Positions 44,701-60,375 of a DNA stretch of 64,000 bases are shown here, piece by piece; position 1 is the first letter of the stretch, and each line of letters starts with the position of its first letter. Origin of the DNA: Pristiophorus japonicus (lineage: Eukaryota). The stretch spans positions 128,340,001-128,404,000 of the forward strand of contig NC_091980.1 of assembly GCF_044704955.1 (NCBI RefSeq). Reading direction: 5' to 3'. The notes under the pieces were generated by a model that saw only the letters and a program-made list of their open reading frames with translations, was not told the origin of the DNA and did not search any database. A program made the translations under genes and the position numbers.

Positions 44701-45142
44701 TAAGGGTATTCCATGAGGGAGCAGTGCACGATTTACCACTGTGGATTGTTTCAGGTGATGGGCCAACACTGCTTGGCAGGAGGTGGATGGGGAAGATTCG
44801 ATGGAACTGGGAAGACCTCTGCCTACCTTCTCCGGCGAATGGAGTCTCCCCTTCTCAAAGGCAGAGCAAACCCCCACCTTCAGCTGAACCAGGCATTGAA
44901 GTGCAGATCCATTTGCAGATCCCAAAGGCACAGGCCGCTCCTCACAACCACAAGGAGGTAAAGTTCAACCGAGCAGCGGTACCCACCACCCAAAGCCGAC
45001 GACCTCTTCGCGATGATGGAAGAGGCTCCAGGTCGACCATGCGGAGTGGGACTCCGGCCGAAACGATCCGAATGCGTCTTCCCGACGCCAGAGGCAAAAT
45101 ACCTGGGGAGGAAGATCACGGCAGTCGATATCACGGACACGG

Positions 45143-45262
45143 ATGAGAATGCATCCAGACCACTGGACGAGATTGCTTCAAGACCATGGGATGAGAGCAC
45201 ATCCAGACCATGGGACGATAGAGCATCCAGACCACAGGACGATAGAGTGTCCAGACCACGGA
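45143..45262 (+). repeat. 24-bp tandem repeat, 5 copies, in frame (DENASRPL/DEIASRPW/...)
   Basis: Units of the form GAGAGCACATCCAGACCATGGGAC. Confidence 0.85.
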
Positions 45263-46113
45263 AGTTCGCCACAACGGAATGGAAGAATGTGTCGCCCAGC
45301 AAGGAAGACGAATGGGTTTGGGGCAAAGGTAAAGGGGCGGCCACTGTGAAGGCCAGGACCCACTCTGCTCCAATAAATTGGGTGCACTATGTAACCCTTG
45401 TGAGCGGTCTTTCGCGGTCAATGATGTACCATTATATAGGGTTGGGGGTACCTTATAACAAGCCAAAGTAGCCAACCGGTCATATATGTATCTGACAAAG
45501 TACTCATAACAAGTGATGTGTTAATACACGGGGTCGGGTGTGTTGTGCAGCAAGACAAAGTAGTGGGCAAACCCCAACCAGTTGTACATGTATCTAACAA
45601 AGTATTCATAGCAAGTGAGATGTTACCACACGGGGTCGGGAGTGTTGTGCAGCAAGCAAAAGTAGCGGGCGAGCCCCAAACGATTGAACATGTATTCAAT
45701 AAGTTAAATAAAGCATCAGCCTGTATTCACGGGACTAAAGAGATGTAGCAAAGAGTGTCCCAATATGTGCTCGAGTCAGACAAGCTGCTCATCCCACAAG
45801 CTTGGGAAGCAGAGGCACCATTATCGATGCATTGCTTCAAGAATGTCTAACTCTGTCTGTGCACTGTAACATGATCCGCCACGGGCCAGACACTGAGAGT
45901 GGCACTAATGCCCTCAGTTGGCTACTGTTGCCCACAACCAGGGTGGAAACAGCACAGCCTGCAGACCCACTCATGGTCGTGGAAGTCCGAGAAAGCAAGG
46001 GGTCAACCATAACGGCCCCCCAGTCTAGGACCTGGACATGCCAGGATCCCACGTTACCAGTTGCCAAAGGTGAACTGCTAGATGGGATGTGGCAACCTAG
46101 CCATCGCAGAGAC

Positions 46114-49100
46114 TGTTATATAGGTATACTTGTATATGCTCTATACAACCACTAGAGGGCTCATCCCCTGGAGTCCAAAGGGATCCCATAATCCCTTGGG
46201 AGCACAGGTATTTAAGGAGGCCTCACAGGTTCGAGAGGCACTCTGGAGACCTGAAATAGGAGACGAAGGTTGCACTTCATTTTTAAGCTCACAGTGTTCA
46301 GTCTGACACTTTCTCCAGACATAACAACTGGCGATGAGATACAGATAGCGAACCCAAAGATGCAGAGAACAGTGGGCATCCTGGAGAAATTCTCGGAGGG
46401 ACATGATTGGGAAACTTATGTGGAGCGACTCGACCAATAATTCGTAGCCAACGAGCTAGATGGAGATGAGAACACTGCCAAATGAAGGGTGATCCTCCTC
46501 ACCGTCTGTGGGACACCAACATATGGCCTCATGAAAAATTTGCTTACTCCAGCGAAACACATGGAGAAATCATAAGATGATTTGTGCACACTGGTCTGAG
46601 AGCATTTGAACCCGAAGGAAAGCGTTCTAATGGCGAGGTACCAGTTCAACACCGACAAATGGTCTGAACGTCAGGAAGTGCTGAGTTATGCCGCCGAGCT
46701 AAGACGTCTTGCAGGACATTGCGAATTTGAAGGACATTTGGAGCACACGCTCAGAAACTTTTTTGTACTTGGCATTGGCCACGAAACCATACTTCGCAAA
46801 CTTTTGACTGTAGAGACCCCAACCTTGAGCAAGGCCATAGCGATAGCCCAGGCGTTAATTACCACCAGTGACAATACTAAGCAAATCTCTCAGCACATGA
46901 GTGCTGCTACAAGTACTGTGAACAAAGTGATGCTGTTTTCAAATCGCAACATACAGGGCATGTCACACATGCTTGCAGCTGCACGTCCGCAGATGTCTCC
47001 ACCATCAAGGGTGATGAATGCTAGTCCATTAACACCTTGTTGGTGCTGCGGGGGTGATCATCATTTCCATTCATGCCAATTCATAGGGTACGTTTTCATG
47101 GGCTGTGGAACAATGGGACATCTCCAACGTATGTGCAAGAGAGCTGCAAATCCTGTTAATCCTGCAAACCATCATGTTGTAGATAAGGACAGATCCACGG
47201 AGGATCACGACGAACCAGAGCCCCAGACCGAGGAGACAGAGGTACATGGGGTGCACACATTCACTACAAAGTGTCCCCCGCAAATGCTGAATGTTGAACT
47301 AAATGGACTCCCGGTGTCAATGGAGCTGGACACTGGCGCGAGCCAGTCCCACATGGGAAAAAAGACTTTCGAAAGATTGTGGTGCAGTAAGGTCTCAAGG
47401 CCAGTCTCAATTCCAGTTTGCACGAAACTAAGAACTGATTCCTGTAATAGGCAGTGCTCCCATAAAGGTCTCCTATGGTGGAGTGGTGCATAAGCTACCA
47501 CTGTGGGTGGTAACGGGGCGATGGTCCCACGCTGCTCGGCAGGAGATGGCTGGGAAAGATATGCTGGAACTGGGACAACGTCCGAGCGCTATTGCCCGCT
47601 GATGATACTTCGTGTGCCCAGGTCTTGAACAAATTTCCTTCGCTGTTCGAACCAGGCATTGGGAAATTCCAAGGAACAAAAGTGCAGATCCACCTAATTT
47701 CGGGGGCGCAACCCATCCATCACAAGGCGAGTGCAGTACCGTACATGATGAGAGAAAGGGGAGAGATTGAACTAGACCGGCTGCAAAGAGAGGGTGTTAT
47801 TTCACCAATCGAGTTCAACGAGTGGGCCAGTCCGATTGTCCCAGTCCTCAAGGGAGACGGCACAGTCAGAATCTGTGGCGATTACAAAGTAACTATTAAT
47901 TATTTCTCCCCGCAGGACTAATACCCACTACCAAAGTCCGACGACCTCTTTGCAACGCTGGCGGGAGGAAAGGTGTTCACAAAGCTGGATCTGACTTCAG
48001 CCTACATGATGTAGGAACTGGAGGAATCATCTAAGGGCATCACCTGCATCTACACGCACAATGGTCTTTTTATTTATAACAGATGCCCGTTTGGAATTCG
48101 ATCAGTGGCGGCGATATTCCAGAGAAACATGAAAAGCTTACTGAAGTCGGTCCTGCACATCGTGGTCGTCCAGGATGACATCTTGGTCACAGGTCGGGAC
48201 ACAGTCGAGCATCTGCAGAATCTGTAGGAGGTTCTTAGTCAACTCAACCGCGTGGGCTCAGGTTAAAACGCTAGAAGTGCATTTTCCTGGAGCCTGAAGT
48301 GGAGTTCTTGGGAAGGAGGATTGCGGCAGATGGCTTCAGGCCCAGCAACTCGAAGAAGGGGGCAATCGAGAAGGACTGAGGCCACAGAACATGACAGAGC
48401 TGCGGTCGTTTCTAGGACTCCTGAACTACTTTGGTAACTTCTTTTCGGGTCTCAGCACACTGTTAGAACCAATGTATGTCTTACTGTGAAAAGTGGATTA
48501 ATGGGCATGTGGCAAAAGCCAAGAAAATGTCTTCGTAAAAACTAGAAAATTGTTATGCTCAAACAAATTGCTTGTGTTGTATATTCCATGTAAGCGTTTG
48601 GTACTAGCATGTGATGCGTCGTCATAAGGCGTTGAGTGTGTATTGCAATAAGCTAATGATTTTGGGAAACTGCAACTGGTTGCTTACACATCCAGGAGTC
48701 TGTCTAAGGCTGAGAGAGCCTATAGCATGATTGAAAAAGAAGCGTTAGCGTGTGTCTATGGGATAAAGAAAATGTATCAATATCTGTTTGGGCTAAAATT
48801 CGAATTGGAAACTGACCATATCCCTGTTTTCCTAGAGTAAGGGATAAATACGATTGCATCGGCCTGCGTCCAGCGATGGGCGCTCATATTGTCCACATAA
48901 AACTACGCCATCCGCCATAGGCAAGGCAAAGACAAATGCACTGATGCTCTCAGCAGACTGCCATTGCCCACCACGGGGATGGAAATGGCGCGGCCCGCAG
49001 ATTTAGCCATGGTTATGGAAGCAGTTGAGAGTGAGCATTCACTCGTCACTGCCCGGCAGATCAAAACCTGCATGAGCCAGGACCCCCTATTATTCCTCGT

Positions 49101-50643
49101 CAAAAACTGTGTGCTTCATGGGAGCAGGTCCAGTGTCCCTGTAGAAATGCAAGAAGAAATAAAGCCATTCCAGCGGCGCAAAGATGAAATGTCTATACAG
49201 GCAGACTGCCTTCTGTGGGGCGATCATGTAGTGGTACCTAAGAAGTGCAGAGACACCTTCACCAGTTACCTGCACAGTACCCACCCAAGCATTGTAATGA
49301 TGAAAGCGACAGCCAGATCCCATGTGTGGTGGGCCGGTATTGATGCGGACTTGAGTCCTGCGTGCACAGATGTAATACATGGTCGCAGTTAAGCAAAGTA
49401 CCTGGGGAGGTGTCGCTAAGTTTATGGTTTTGTCCCAGCAAACCGTGGTCTCGGGTACATGTCGACTATGCAGACCCGTTCTTGGCTGAAATGATCCTTG
49501 TCGTTGTAGATGCGTACTCCAAATGGATTGAATGTGAGAAAACTGTCGGCTAGCACGTCCGCTGCCACGAATGAAAGCCCGCGCATCATGTTTGCCACAC
49601 ACGGCCTACCCGATGTCCTGGTGAGCTACAACGGGCCATGTTTTACCAGTGCTGAGTTCAAAGAATTCATGACCCGCAAGGGATCAAACATGTCACATCT
49701 GCCGCGTTTAAACCAATGTCCAATGATCAGGCAGAGAGAGCAGTGCAAACCGTCAAGCAGGGCTTGAAGAGGGTAATGGAAGACTCACTGCAGACTCGCC
49801 TATCCCGAGTCCTGCTTAGTTAGTGCCAGAGACCCCATTCACTCACTGGGTTCCCACCTGCTGAACTGCTCAAGAAAAGAGCACTTAAGACATGGCTCTC
49901 GTTAGTTCACCCTGATCTGCATGAACAGGTAGAGAGCAGGCGGCTTCAACAAAGTGCATACCATGATAGCGCCAATGTGTCACGCGAAATTGAATTCAAT
50001 GGTCCTGTATTTGTATGGAATTATAGACAAGATCCCAAGTGGCTTCTCGGCACTGTTGTGGTCAAAGAGGGAAGCAGGGTGTTTCGGGTCAAACTTTCAA
50101 ATGGACTCATTCATCGGAAACACTTGGACCAAATCAAACTCAGATTCACGGACTATCCTGAGCAATACACTTTGGACCCTACCTTCTTTGACCCCCCAAC
50201 ATACACGCCAGTGCCAACCAGCACCACGGTTGACCACGAAGCAGAACCCATCATCCAGAGCAGCCCAGCAGGACCCACCACAATAGGCAGCCCAGCAAGG
50301 CCAGCTGCATGGCAGACCAGCGAGGGCCCAACAATTGATTCTCTAACACCAGCTTTCACACTGAGACGATCAACCAGGGCAAGAAGAGCCCCAGATCGAC
50401 TCACATTGTAAATAGTTACACTGTTGGCTTTGGGGGAGAGTGTTGTTATATATGTATACTTGCATATGCTCTGTGCAGCCACCAGAGGGCTCATCCCCTG
50501 GATCCCATAATCCCTTGGGAGCACAGGTATTTAGGAGGCCTCACAGGTTGGGGAGGCACTCTGGAGACCTGCAATAAAAAACTAAGTTCACACTTTACTT
50601 TAAGCTCACAGTGTTCAGTCTGACTCTTTCTCCAAACAGAACA
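46114..50643 (+). mobile_element. Full-length degenerate Gypsy element B; LTRs 46114-46326 and 50444-50643
   Basis: Paired TG..CA LTRs; PBS TGGCGATGAG; PPT GGGGGAGAG; TSD GAGAC/GAGAA; gag, LDTGAS, WASPIV..ICGDYK, and integrase (HVWW, HVDYA, GPCFTS) fragments with many stops. Confidence 0.9.
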
Positions 50644-50897
50644 GAGAAGAAAGACCCATCCCAACGTTGCAAAGTAAGGCAGGGTGGCTACACACAGTCG
50701 GTGGTCCGGAGCCCCCATACTACGGCCTAAGTTCCACGGGGGACCAATAGGCCCCGCGCCACTACCAAAAGTCTCAAGGCCTCAAACATTCAAGTCCAAG
50801 TTACTGATATATATCACAAAAAGCAAGGGACCCAGCACTGAGCCCTGCGGAACCTCACTGGATACAGCTTTCCAGTCACAAAAACACCCATCAACCA

Positions 50898-51637
50898 TGT
50901 AGGATGTTTGTTTTTTCACTCTATCCTGATTCCTAGACCTCGGAACTTATAGTGGGAAAGGACAACACATAGTACAACATTTTAGGCTTAACCCAGTGTC
51001 AGTTTTCTTATGCAACAAAAACTAACTAAAACTACAGAACTAGATATACAATCACCAAAGATTCGTGGTCCTTGAATCCGTGGCCTGCTGTTTCTTCTTC
51101 CAGCTTTTCTCTGCAGTTTCTGTTCCTTTTCTGCTGCTTCTTCTTGTGTTGCCTGTCCGTCTTCTGTTGCCTGTCCTTCTTCAGTTGTCTGTCCTCCTTC
51201 TTGTGAGCTGCTTTTTGCTCGCATATTTTTCCAGGTTTTGAATAAGTTTCGCCACTGGGCCGAGATCTGATTATCGATATGGTGATCTGTTTAACTGTTT
51301 GTGGTGATGTGTTTGAATGGCTACTAATTTGCACACGGAGTCGACAATGCAAAATATATTTCCTTATGCTGAATGCTGTAATCCAAAAATTGGCATTCCT
51401 TGGGGTCCTTTGTTGTCCGGTCTTTTTACAGACTCGATGTCTCCAGTGGCTGTTTTCCCCACCCAAGGTCAATCAAGTTCAAAGCATCACGTAACAACTC
51501 CATTGTTGTTATGCATGAAGTTAGTTTTATGGCCTTGATCACAGAATTACCTTAATTGTCCAGCTTAATTCAAAAAGCTTGGATCAATCAATTTTTAGTT
51601 CATGGTCTGTGTTTTTTTGAAGATTAGTAACCTTACA
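50898..51637 (-). mobile_element. Solo LTR (mirror of 5855-6439)
   Basis: Same termini and TSD in reverse orientation. Confidence 0.75.
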
Positions 51638-51961
51638 ACCATCAACCTTTGCTTCCTGTTCCTGAACCAATTTTGGATCCAACTTGCCTCTTTGCCCTGG
51701 ATCACATGGGTTTTTACTTTTATGACCAATCTGTCATGTGGGACCTTATCAAAAACTTTGCTAAAATCCATATGCACCAAATAATATGTACTACCCTCAT
51801 CGACCCTCCTGGTTATCTCCTCGAAAAATTGAATCAAGTTACAGACACGACCTTCCCTTAAAAAATCCATGCTGACTGCCCTTGATTAATCCATGTCTTT
51901 CCAAGTGAAGATTTATCCTGTCCATCAGGAGTTTTTCCAATAACTTTCCCACCACTGAAGT

Positions 51962-54900
51962 TGGAATAAAGAGCTTCATCTGGTGGACTACTGCTCCACC
52001 TAGTGGACTACTGTGGTAATGCAGCCATTGCTGGAACTACAATAAAAGCATCAGGTGACAGGTCACCTGAAAAATACCTGTGTTGAACCATCTTGTAAGT
52101 GTGTGTTTGTGATGTTGTAGAGAATATACCACATTGGCGATGAAGGATCAGATTCCTGGATACCCCAGCTGAAATTTTTGTTGGTGGATGATTTCAGCCA
52201 AACAGCAGAGAGACTAGAGAGGTCCTTTGTGTTAACAGCTAAACATACAAGGTAAATTACAAGCACACTTGGATGAAATGAAGAGTCCAGATGGCTGCGC
52301 CTATAGGACTTGGGTGAATTTCATTAAGACCAAGAGACTTTTGGAGTGTATGTGGAGCGGCTAGAAATGTTTTTTTTACTGCAAATAGTATCATCTAAGT
52401 CCCCGAGTTTGAAAACCATAACCGGGTTGTTTTAGAAAGAAAACGGGATATTTTCCTGACTGAAGCAAGCCCCGAGGTGTATGAAACCCTGAAAATTTTG
52501 CTTCTTCCCGTCAAGCCATAGGACGTATCAATTACGGAGATTAGCACTACAGTCCAGAGCCACTGGAAATTGCTGAAAGTTACCGTTTTGGGAAACAAGA
52601 TCAATTTATTCACGAAAGTATCAGTGAGTACATTGTAGTATTAAAAAAGCTATCCATTACTGTCATTTCAGAAACTTTCAGGACCGAGCATTACGTTACC
52701 ACTTTGTTTGTGGGATGAAAAATGAAGTGATCAGAAGAAAGTTGTTGACAACCCCTAACTTGTCAGACAGCTATGTCAATGGATATGGCCAGCCAATATT
52801 CACGAGAATTTTGTACCATTTCCAGTCGTCGGACAACTGAGGGTGAAACACTTACAGGTTAAAAGTGAAAGGCAGTTGGGCCCCAACGCCTCAGCAAATG
52901 GCCAAGTTAACAGAGCATTGAAATCGTGCTATCGGTGCCTGGGACAACACATTGATCAAAGTTGTCTGTATGTGAAGGCAGAGTGTTTTTTCTGCAAGAA
53001 AACTGTGCATCTTGCAAAGGCATGCTGACTGAAGAGTAAACCAACTTTCAAGGCTATAAGTAAAAATCCCCACAGACGACAGAGAATTGAAGAAAAGCAA
53101 CAGGATGAAGAGATACATGTCATCAGGGGCACGAGGATATCTAACAGCGATTCGTGAAGTATCGTCATCCAAGTAGACATTGCAGGAACCAGGATACACA
53201 TGGAAATCGACACTGGTGAATCCGTGAGTGTAGTACCGGAATCACTAAATCTTGACAAGTTGAGTGATTTTCCACAGTCAAAGATAGAGCTGCAAGGCTA
53301 ATCAGGAGAGAAAATCCCTGTGGTAAGATGTATCAACATATCGGTGAAATACAAGGATCAATTTCAGAGCTTCCCTCTATTTGTAGAGGCAGGAGACAAG
53401 CCTGCCTTACGAGGTAGAAATTGGTTGGGATCACTGAAGCTGGATTGGAATGAGATTTTTCTTGTTGAAACGAGATTTGCATTCAAGGAAGGTGTTTTGT
53501 GAAACAGGCAGTCCGATCCATGATCTCAAGGCAAGTGTCAGGGTACAGAAGGACACGAGACCAGTTTACTGCAAACTATGTCCCGTACCATACGCACTCA
53601 AGGAGAAAGTTGAGCAAGAACTCAAAAGACAAGAAATTGAGACCATTATCTCTAAGGTAGATCTATGTAATTGGGCTACACCATTGTTGTTCTACCTAAG
53701 TCAGATGGTAAGGTAAGGTTGTGTGGTGATTATAAAGTAACCGTAAACCAGGTTCTCGAGGGTAAGCTCCCAAATTCATTGCCAAATGTAGAACATTTGT
53801 TCACAATGCTGACAGATGATCAGATCTTCTCAAAGTTAGATCTCACAAATGCCTACATACAACGTGAACTCGATGAGGAGTCCAAGTCATAGTTGAATAT
53901 AAATACTCATCTAGGCCTAGATCAATTTAATAGGCTACCATTTGGAATGTCTTCTGCCCCCACCACATTCCAAGGAGTGATGAACCAGATTTTGCAAGGC
54001 TTTGAAGAGGTAGTATGCTATTAAGATGACATACTCATTTCAGCAACAAACAGGCAAATCTATAATAACGTATTGAATGAAGTGCTCAAATGGCAAGAGA
54101 AGCACAGAGTACCAGTGACTGTGCACAAGTGTGAGTTATTTAAAAACTCAGTGGCGCACTTAGGGCACAGAGTCGACAAAGATGGTTTGTATGAAACCAA
54201 GGGAAAGCTGGATGCAATTAAAAATGCACCCACTCCCAAGAATGTCACTGAACTGCGATCATTTTTGGGTCTTTTGAACTATTATGGGAAGTTCGTACCA
54301 AATTTGGCTACAGTGTTACATCCACTGAATTAGCTGTTAGCTCACTATGCCGTATCTAAGGAGATCAAATGGGCATGTGATGCCTCTCAGTATGGAGTTT
54401 GGACAGTGATCTCTCATGTACTACACAGTGGGGCGGAGAGACCAATTGCTTTTGCTTCATGCATTCTTTGTGCCAGTGAGCGTAAATATGCGCTAAATCG
54501 AAAGGGAAGTTTTGGCATTAATTTCTGGTGTCAAGAAGCGCCACAAATATTTGTATGTTTGTAAGTTTAGCATTGTTACAAACCATAAGCCTCTGATAGT
54601 GATCCTCCATCAAAAGTCCCCAATTCCAACCTTAGCTGCAGCCCGAATGCAGAGATGGGCTTTTATTCTGTCAGCAGATATGTATGACATTGAATACAGA
54701 CGATCAGCTGATCACAATAGTGCTGATTCTATGTCTAGATTGCCTTCCCCATCAGAAGTTACAGCCAATAGGGAAGAAGTGTTCTATATTTCATACATTG
54801 ATGAAGTGAAATTCACAGCTGAAGAAACTGGTAGAGCAACCAAACGTGTCCCAGTTATGTCAAAGTTGTATGATTACATCGCAAATGGCTGGCCAAACCA

Positions 54901-56487
54901 AGTATTCATCCATACTTCGTTTGTAGGAATGTATTATCAGTGGATAAAGATTGTATCATGTGGGGCACAAGAGCGAATATACCAAATAAATTCAGGTCCA
55001 GATCATTAGGAGATCTTCATGATCAGCACCTGGGAATGTGCTTGACCAAGAGTTTTGCACGCAGTTATTTATGGTGGCCAGATCTAGATAAAGATATAGA
55101 GTACATCATTAGTCAGTTTACAACATGTCAATCGGTAAGCATGAAACCACCATCAGTACTATTACAGCGAAGGAAATGGCCTCCCAGGGTGTGGCAAAGG
55201 TTACATATCGATTTTGCTGAGCTAGAAGGAGAGCAATTGTTCATTGTGATTGAAAGCCATTCGAAGTGGGTCGAGGTATTTCCAATGTGTAAAATAACAA
55301 TAAAACAGTAGACAATTTGCAAATATAATTTTCTTCTTATGGCCTCCCAGAAGAAATTGTGTCTGATAATGCACCACAATTTTGTTTAGAAGAATTTGCA
55401 GAGTGCACGAGCAGAAATGGTGCGAAATATATCAATGTTCCACCATACCACCGTGCTTCAAATGGTGCAGCAGAGCGCACATTACAAATTGTAAAATGTG
55501 CCCTCATCAAACAAATGTTTTATTCAAATCCAAACAAACAGTAGCTGTCGTTGGACCACAAATTGGCTAATTTTCTCATTACTTACTGTAATACTCCTCA
55601 TCCAACTACTGGTAGAACACCAAAAAGTTGTTTCTCAAATGACAACAAAGAACCAGGTTCTCGTTGTTAAAGCCAAACTTGGTACAGTCAGTAGAAGAGA
55701 AACAATTGAGACAGAAAGAGTATCATGATAGAGGTAGAATAGGAGAGAGAAGTGTGAAATTAAATCAGAAGGTGAGAGTGAAGAACCATCACCATAAATG
55801 GTTAAAGTGGTTACCAGAAAGAGTGGTGAAGATATGTGGTCCTCGCACATATTTGATAAAGATTTTTGATTATGGAAAGGTTAGGTTTTTTCACCTTGAT
55901 CGTATTGTACCTACAGATATGGAAGCAGTTGAAAGTTGGAATGATTTTGATTAATTCCGACTCATCAGATAGTTTTGTTACAAGTAGAATACCAATAGCA
56001 AATCCCACATCAGATGTACTGGAAACAAGCCCAAGAGAAAATCAGAATCTGAGTCAGGCAGACAAACAGTCTGAAGTTGTCGAGTTCAAATGTAGATCAA
56101 GGGCATCCCTTGGAGGAAAACTTTCCTCAGGCTCAGCCTAGAATGAATCTAAGTTCGACATCATGTTTGCTAAGTTCCTTTCGAGAAACAGGTATCCTCT
56201 TCGAAACCGAGAACAAGTGAAGTTCGATTTGTAAATATGGCAAAATAAGTCAATATCTTTTGTTATGTATAACAATGCAAGTTATGTATGATGATTATTT
56301 AGTTGTAATTACTTCTTCATTAAGGAGGGGGAAATGTAATAAAGAGCTCCATCTAGTGGACTACTGTGGTAATGCAGCCATTGCTGGAAATACAATAAAA
56401 GCAACAGGTGACAGGTCACCAGACAAGTTGCTGTGTTGAAGCCATCTTCTAAGTATGTGTTTGTAATGTTGTAGAGAAGATACCACA
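51962..56487 (+). mobile_element. Full-length degenerate Gypsy element; LTRs 51962-52133 and 56335-56487
   Basis: PBS TGGCGATGAAG; PPT AAGGAGGGGGAAA; TSD GAAGT/GAGAT inside CR1; RT, RNaseH and integrase (HLG..RSYLWWP..C..C, HIDFA, SDNAPQF, SNGAAER) fragments. The 5' LTR has an extra 20-bp tandem duplication. Confidence 0.9.
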
Positions 56488-57728
56488 GAGATTAGGCTGA
56501 CTGGCCTGTAATTACTCAGTCAATCCATTTCTTTCCTTTTAAACAGATGTACATTAGCAGTCTTCCAGTCCTTTGTCATCACACCTGTAGCCAGAGAGGA
56601 CTGGAAAATGATGCTCTTATCCAGGATGAGCTTTAATAGTATTTCTCCGTGGAGGAGGAGAAATGGATCCCCTTGCCGTGGACAGCAGGCTAAAATCCAG
56701 GCTGCATCTTTGAACAGGACAGGAATTATTTTGACTTTTAAAAAAAAAAAAAAAAAAATTTGATGCAAGGGTTTGGAAATTTACAAATGAGATGCCTCTT
56801 AAATTTAGTTTTCACTCTCCACTGACGGGCTGTGGGCACATTCCTCAGTTGCTGCAGCCCTTCATTGCTTGTTCCTCCTTGTATTATGAATGAATACATT
56901 TGGAAGGGGAATTATAATTTGAGCTTCCATACATACATACCTGTGAGTAGTGCAGAGTGTTTCCTATAGTTGAGCAGTGTTGCAAATCCACCTGTGTACT
57001 TTCATCCAAATCCAGATTGCCCCATTGCAAACAGACTGATGGGGGACATTTGTGTGTGTAAATTGACCACTTAAAAAAAAACTCATTGCCTGAACAGCAA
57101 AAGAACTTCAAGGGCTATGACGTCCTTTGGGCTGTCCTGTATGAAAGGCATCAAATCAAGGCAAAATTTGATTAACCTTGACTCAGGCACTCACACACTT
57201 GTCTCTGCAGTTGTCAGTCAACTATGATCTTATGGAATGGTGGAACAGGCTCAAGGTGCAATTGGGCATGCTCCTACTTCTGTTTTTAGGTATTAGCATG
57301 GAGTGGGGTGAACATTGACCCAATATATTTAGGTGATTATGTAGATAAACAGTTAACCATTAGCACAGTCCTCAGTTCAGAGTGAGGAACACATGTCGGA
57401 ATATCCAACTCAACACATGGATATACACCAGAGGAAAAATAAATTTCATAGGACTTAATCTATAAAAAAAAACCTGTTACACAACTCAGTGTAATTCTTG
57501 TTTGATGTAAACCACGTTATGTTAATTGAAAAATAAGCAACCACCTCAAATATACAAGATGACAAAATCCAGTCTAATGTTGAACATTTTATTGACAGCT
57601 ATGTTACATTTCACATCAAGCACACAGGTCACACAGCTCTTTGTACAAAGTCATAAGCCCTAATTGCCAACAGGAAAGGAGTTTAAATTTTAGGAATACA
57701 AAGTACTAAACAAATCCCATCAGTCAGT

Positions 57729-59606
<1,878 letters not shown>

Positions 59607-59621
59607 CTTGATTCTTTAATA

Positions 59622-59950
59622 CAAATCTAAACTTTGTTGAAACAACAAACTGGGATGTAACTTACCTTAAATGCCTGTATTTATGCTTCGGTATAATCCA
59701 GGGTGTGGCAGTCGAGATCATGAGTGACAGCCCTCAATACCCAATCAGAAGTTGCAGCCTCTCAGAGCACCAATCAACTAAAGGGATAGGGGAGATGGAC
59801 TCTCAGATCTTTGAAGAACGAGCATCATTGGCTGACAACTCAATGAGGATCTAAATTGTCCTAACTTTCCTCAAACAGAGTTCAGATATCCAGAATCACA
59901 GGTTAAAATAAATCCGCTACTCTTTAGGCAAATCAATTGGGAAAATCTTA
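59622..59950 (-). promoter_or_regulatory. Copy 4 promoter: CATAAA variant TATA (59680-59685), CCAAT boxes, IRE relic (59622-59650)
   Basis: Homologous to the other promoters. Confidence 0.68.
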
Positions 59951-59959
59951 AACCATAAG

Positions 59960-60280
59960 TGTCCCCTTTATAAAGGGGAATGAACAATAAGTTCAAATGT
60001 GACAAAAGTAACATAAAAACTTTTCAAATTATAATTTAGTTCCCTGTATACACCCTGCACTCCAGTCCCTCTGGTGCGCACCTGTCATGGAAAGCCTCCA
60101 ACATACCAGCAGACAACGCTCCAGGGACAGCCGGGGCATGGACATAGCTGTGAAGAGAGGCAGGCAGACGGAGCGAACTCCCCATCGACCGTGCTCTGCC
60201 TGGACCAGGTAATGGCCACCTTGAAAGGTTAATTGAATCCTCTGTTGTTTATGAGTCAGTGTCTTTTTAATAGTTCTGGA
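59960..60280 (-). mobile_element. Tx1 3' remnant upstream of copy 4
   Basis: Paralogous to 30780-31100 and 40730-41030. Confidence 0.75.
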
Positions 60281-60375
60281 TGCTTCAGTGCGTGTATGAG
60301 GATCACCATCGTTCATTGGGTTGGTCATGTGCAGGTATCTGTGGGTTTGTTGTAACATCTAAACATAGTGGTTGT

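Larger units (their letters stand above)
43322..50790 (+). mobile_element. Gypsy element A: 5' LTR ~43322-43537, gag and protease, internally deleted pol; 3'-truncated; hosts element B
   Basis: PBS-like TAGCGACGAG; gag [22 protein letters not shown]; LDTGAS protease; only scraps of RT and RNaseH; resumes after 50643. Confidence 0.8.
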
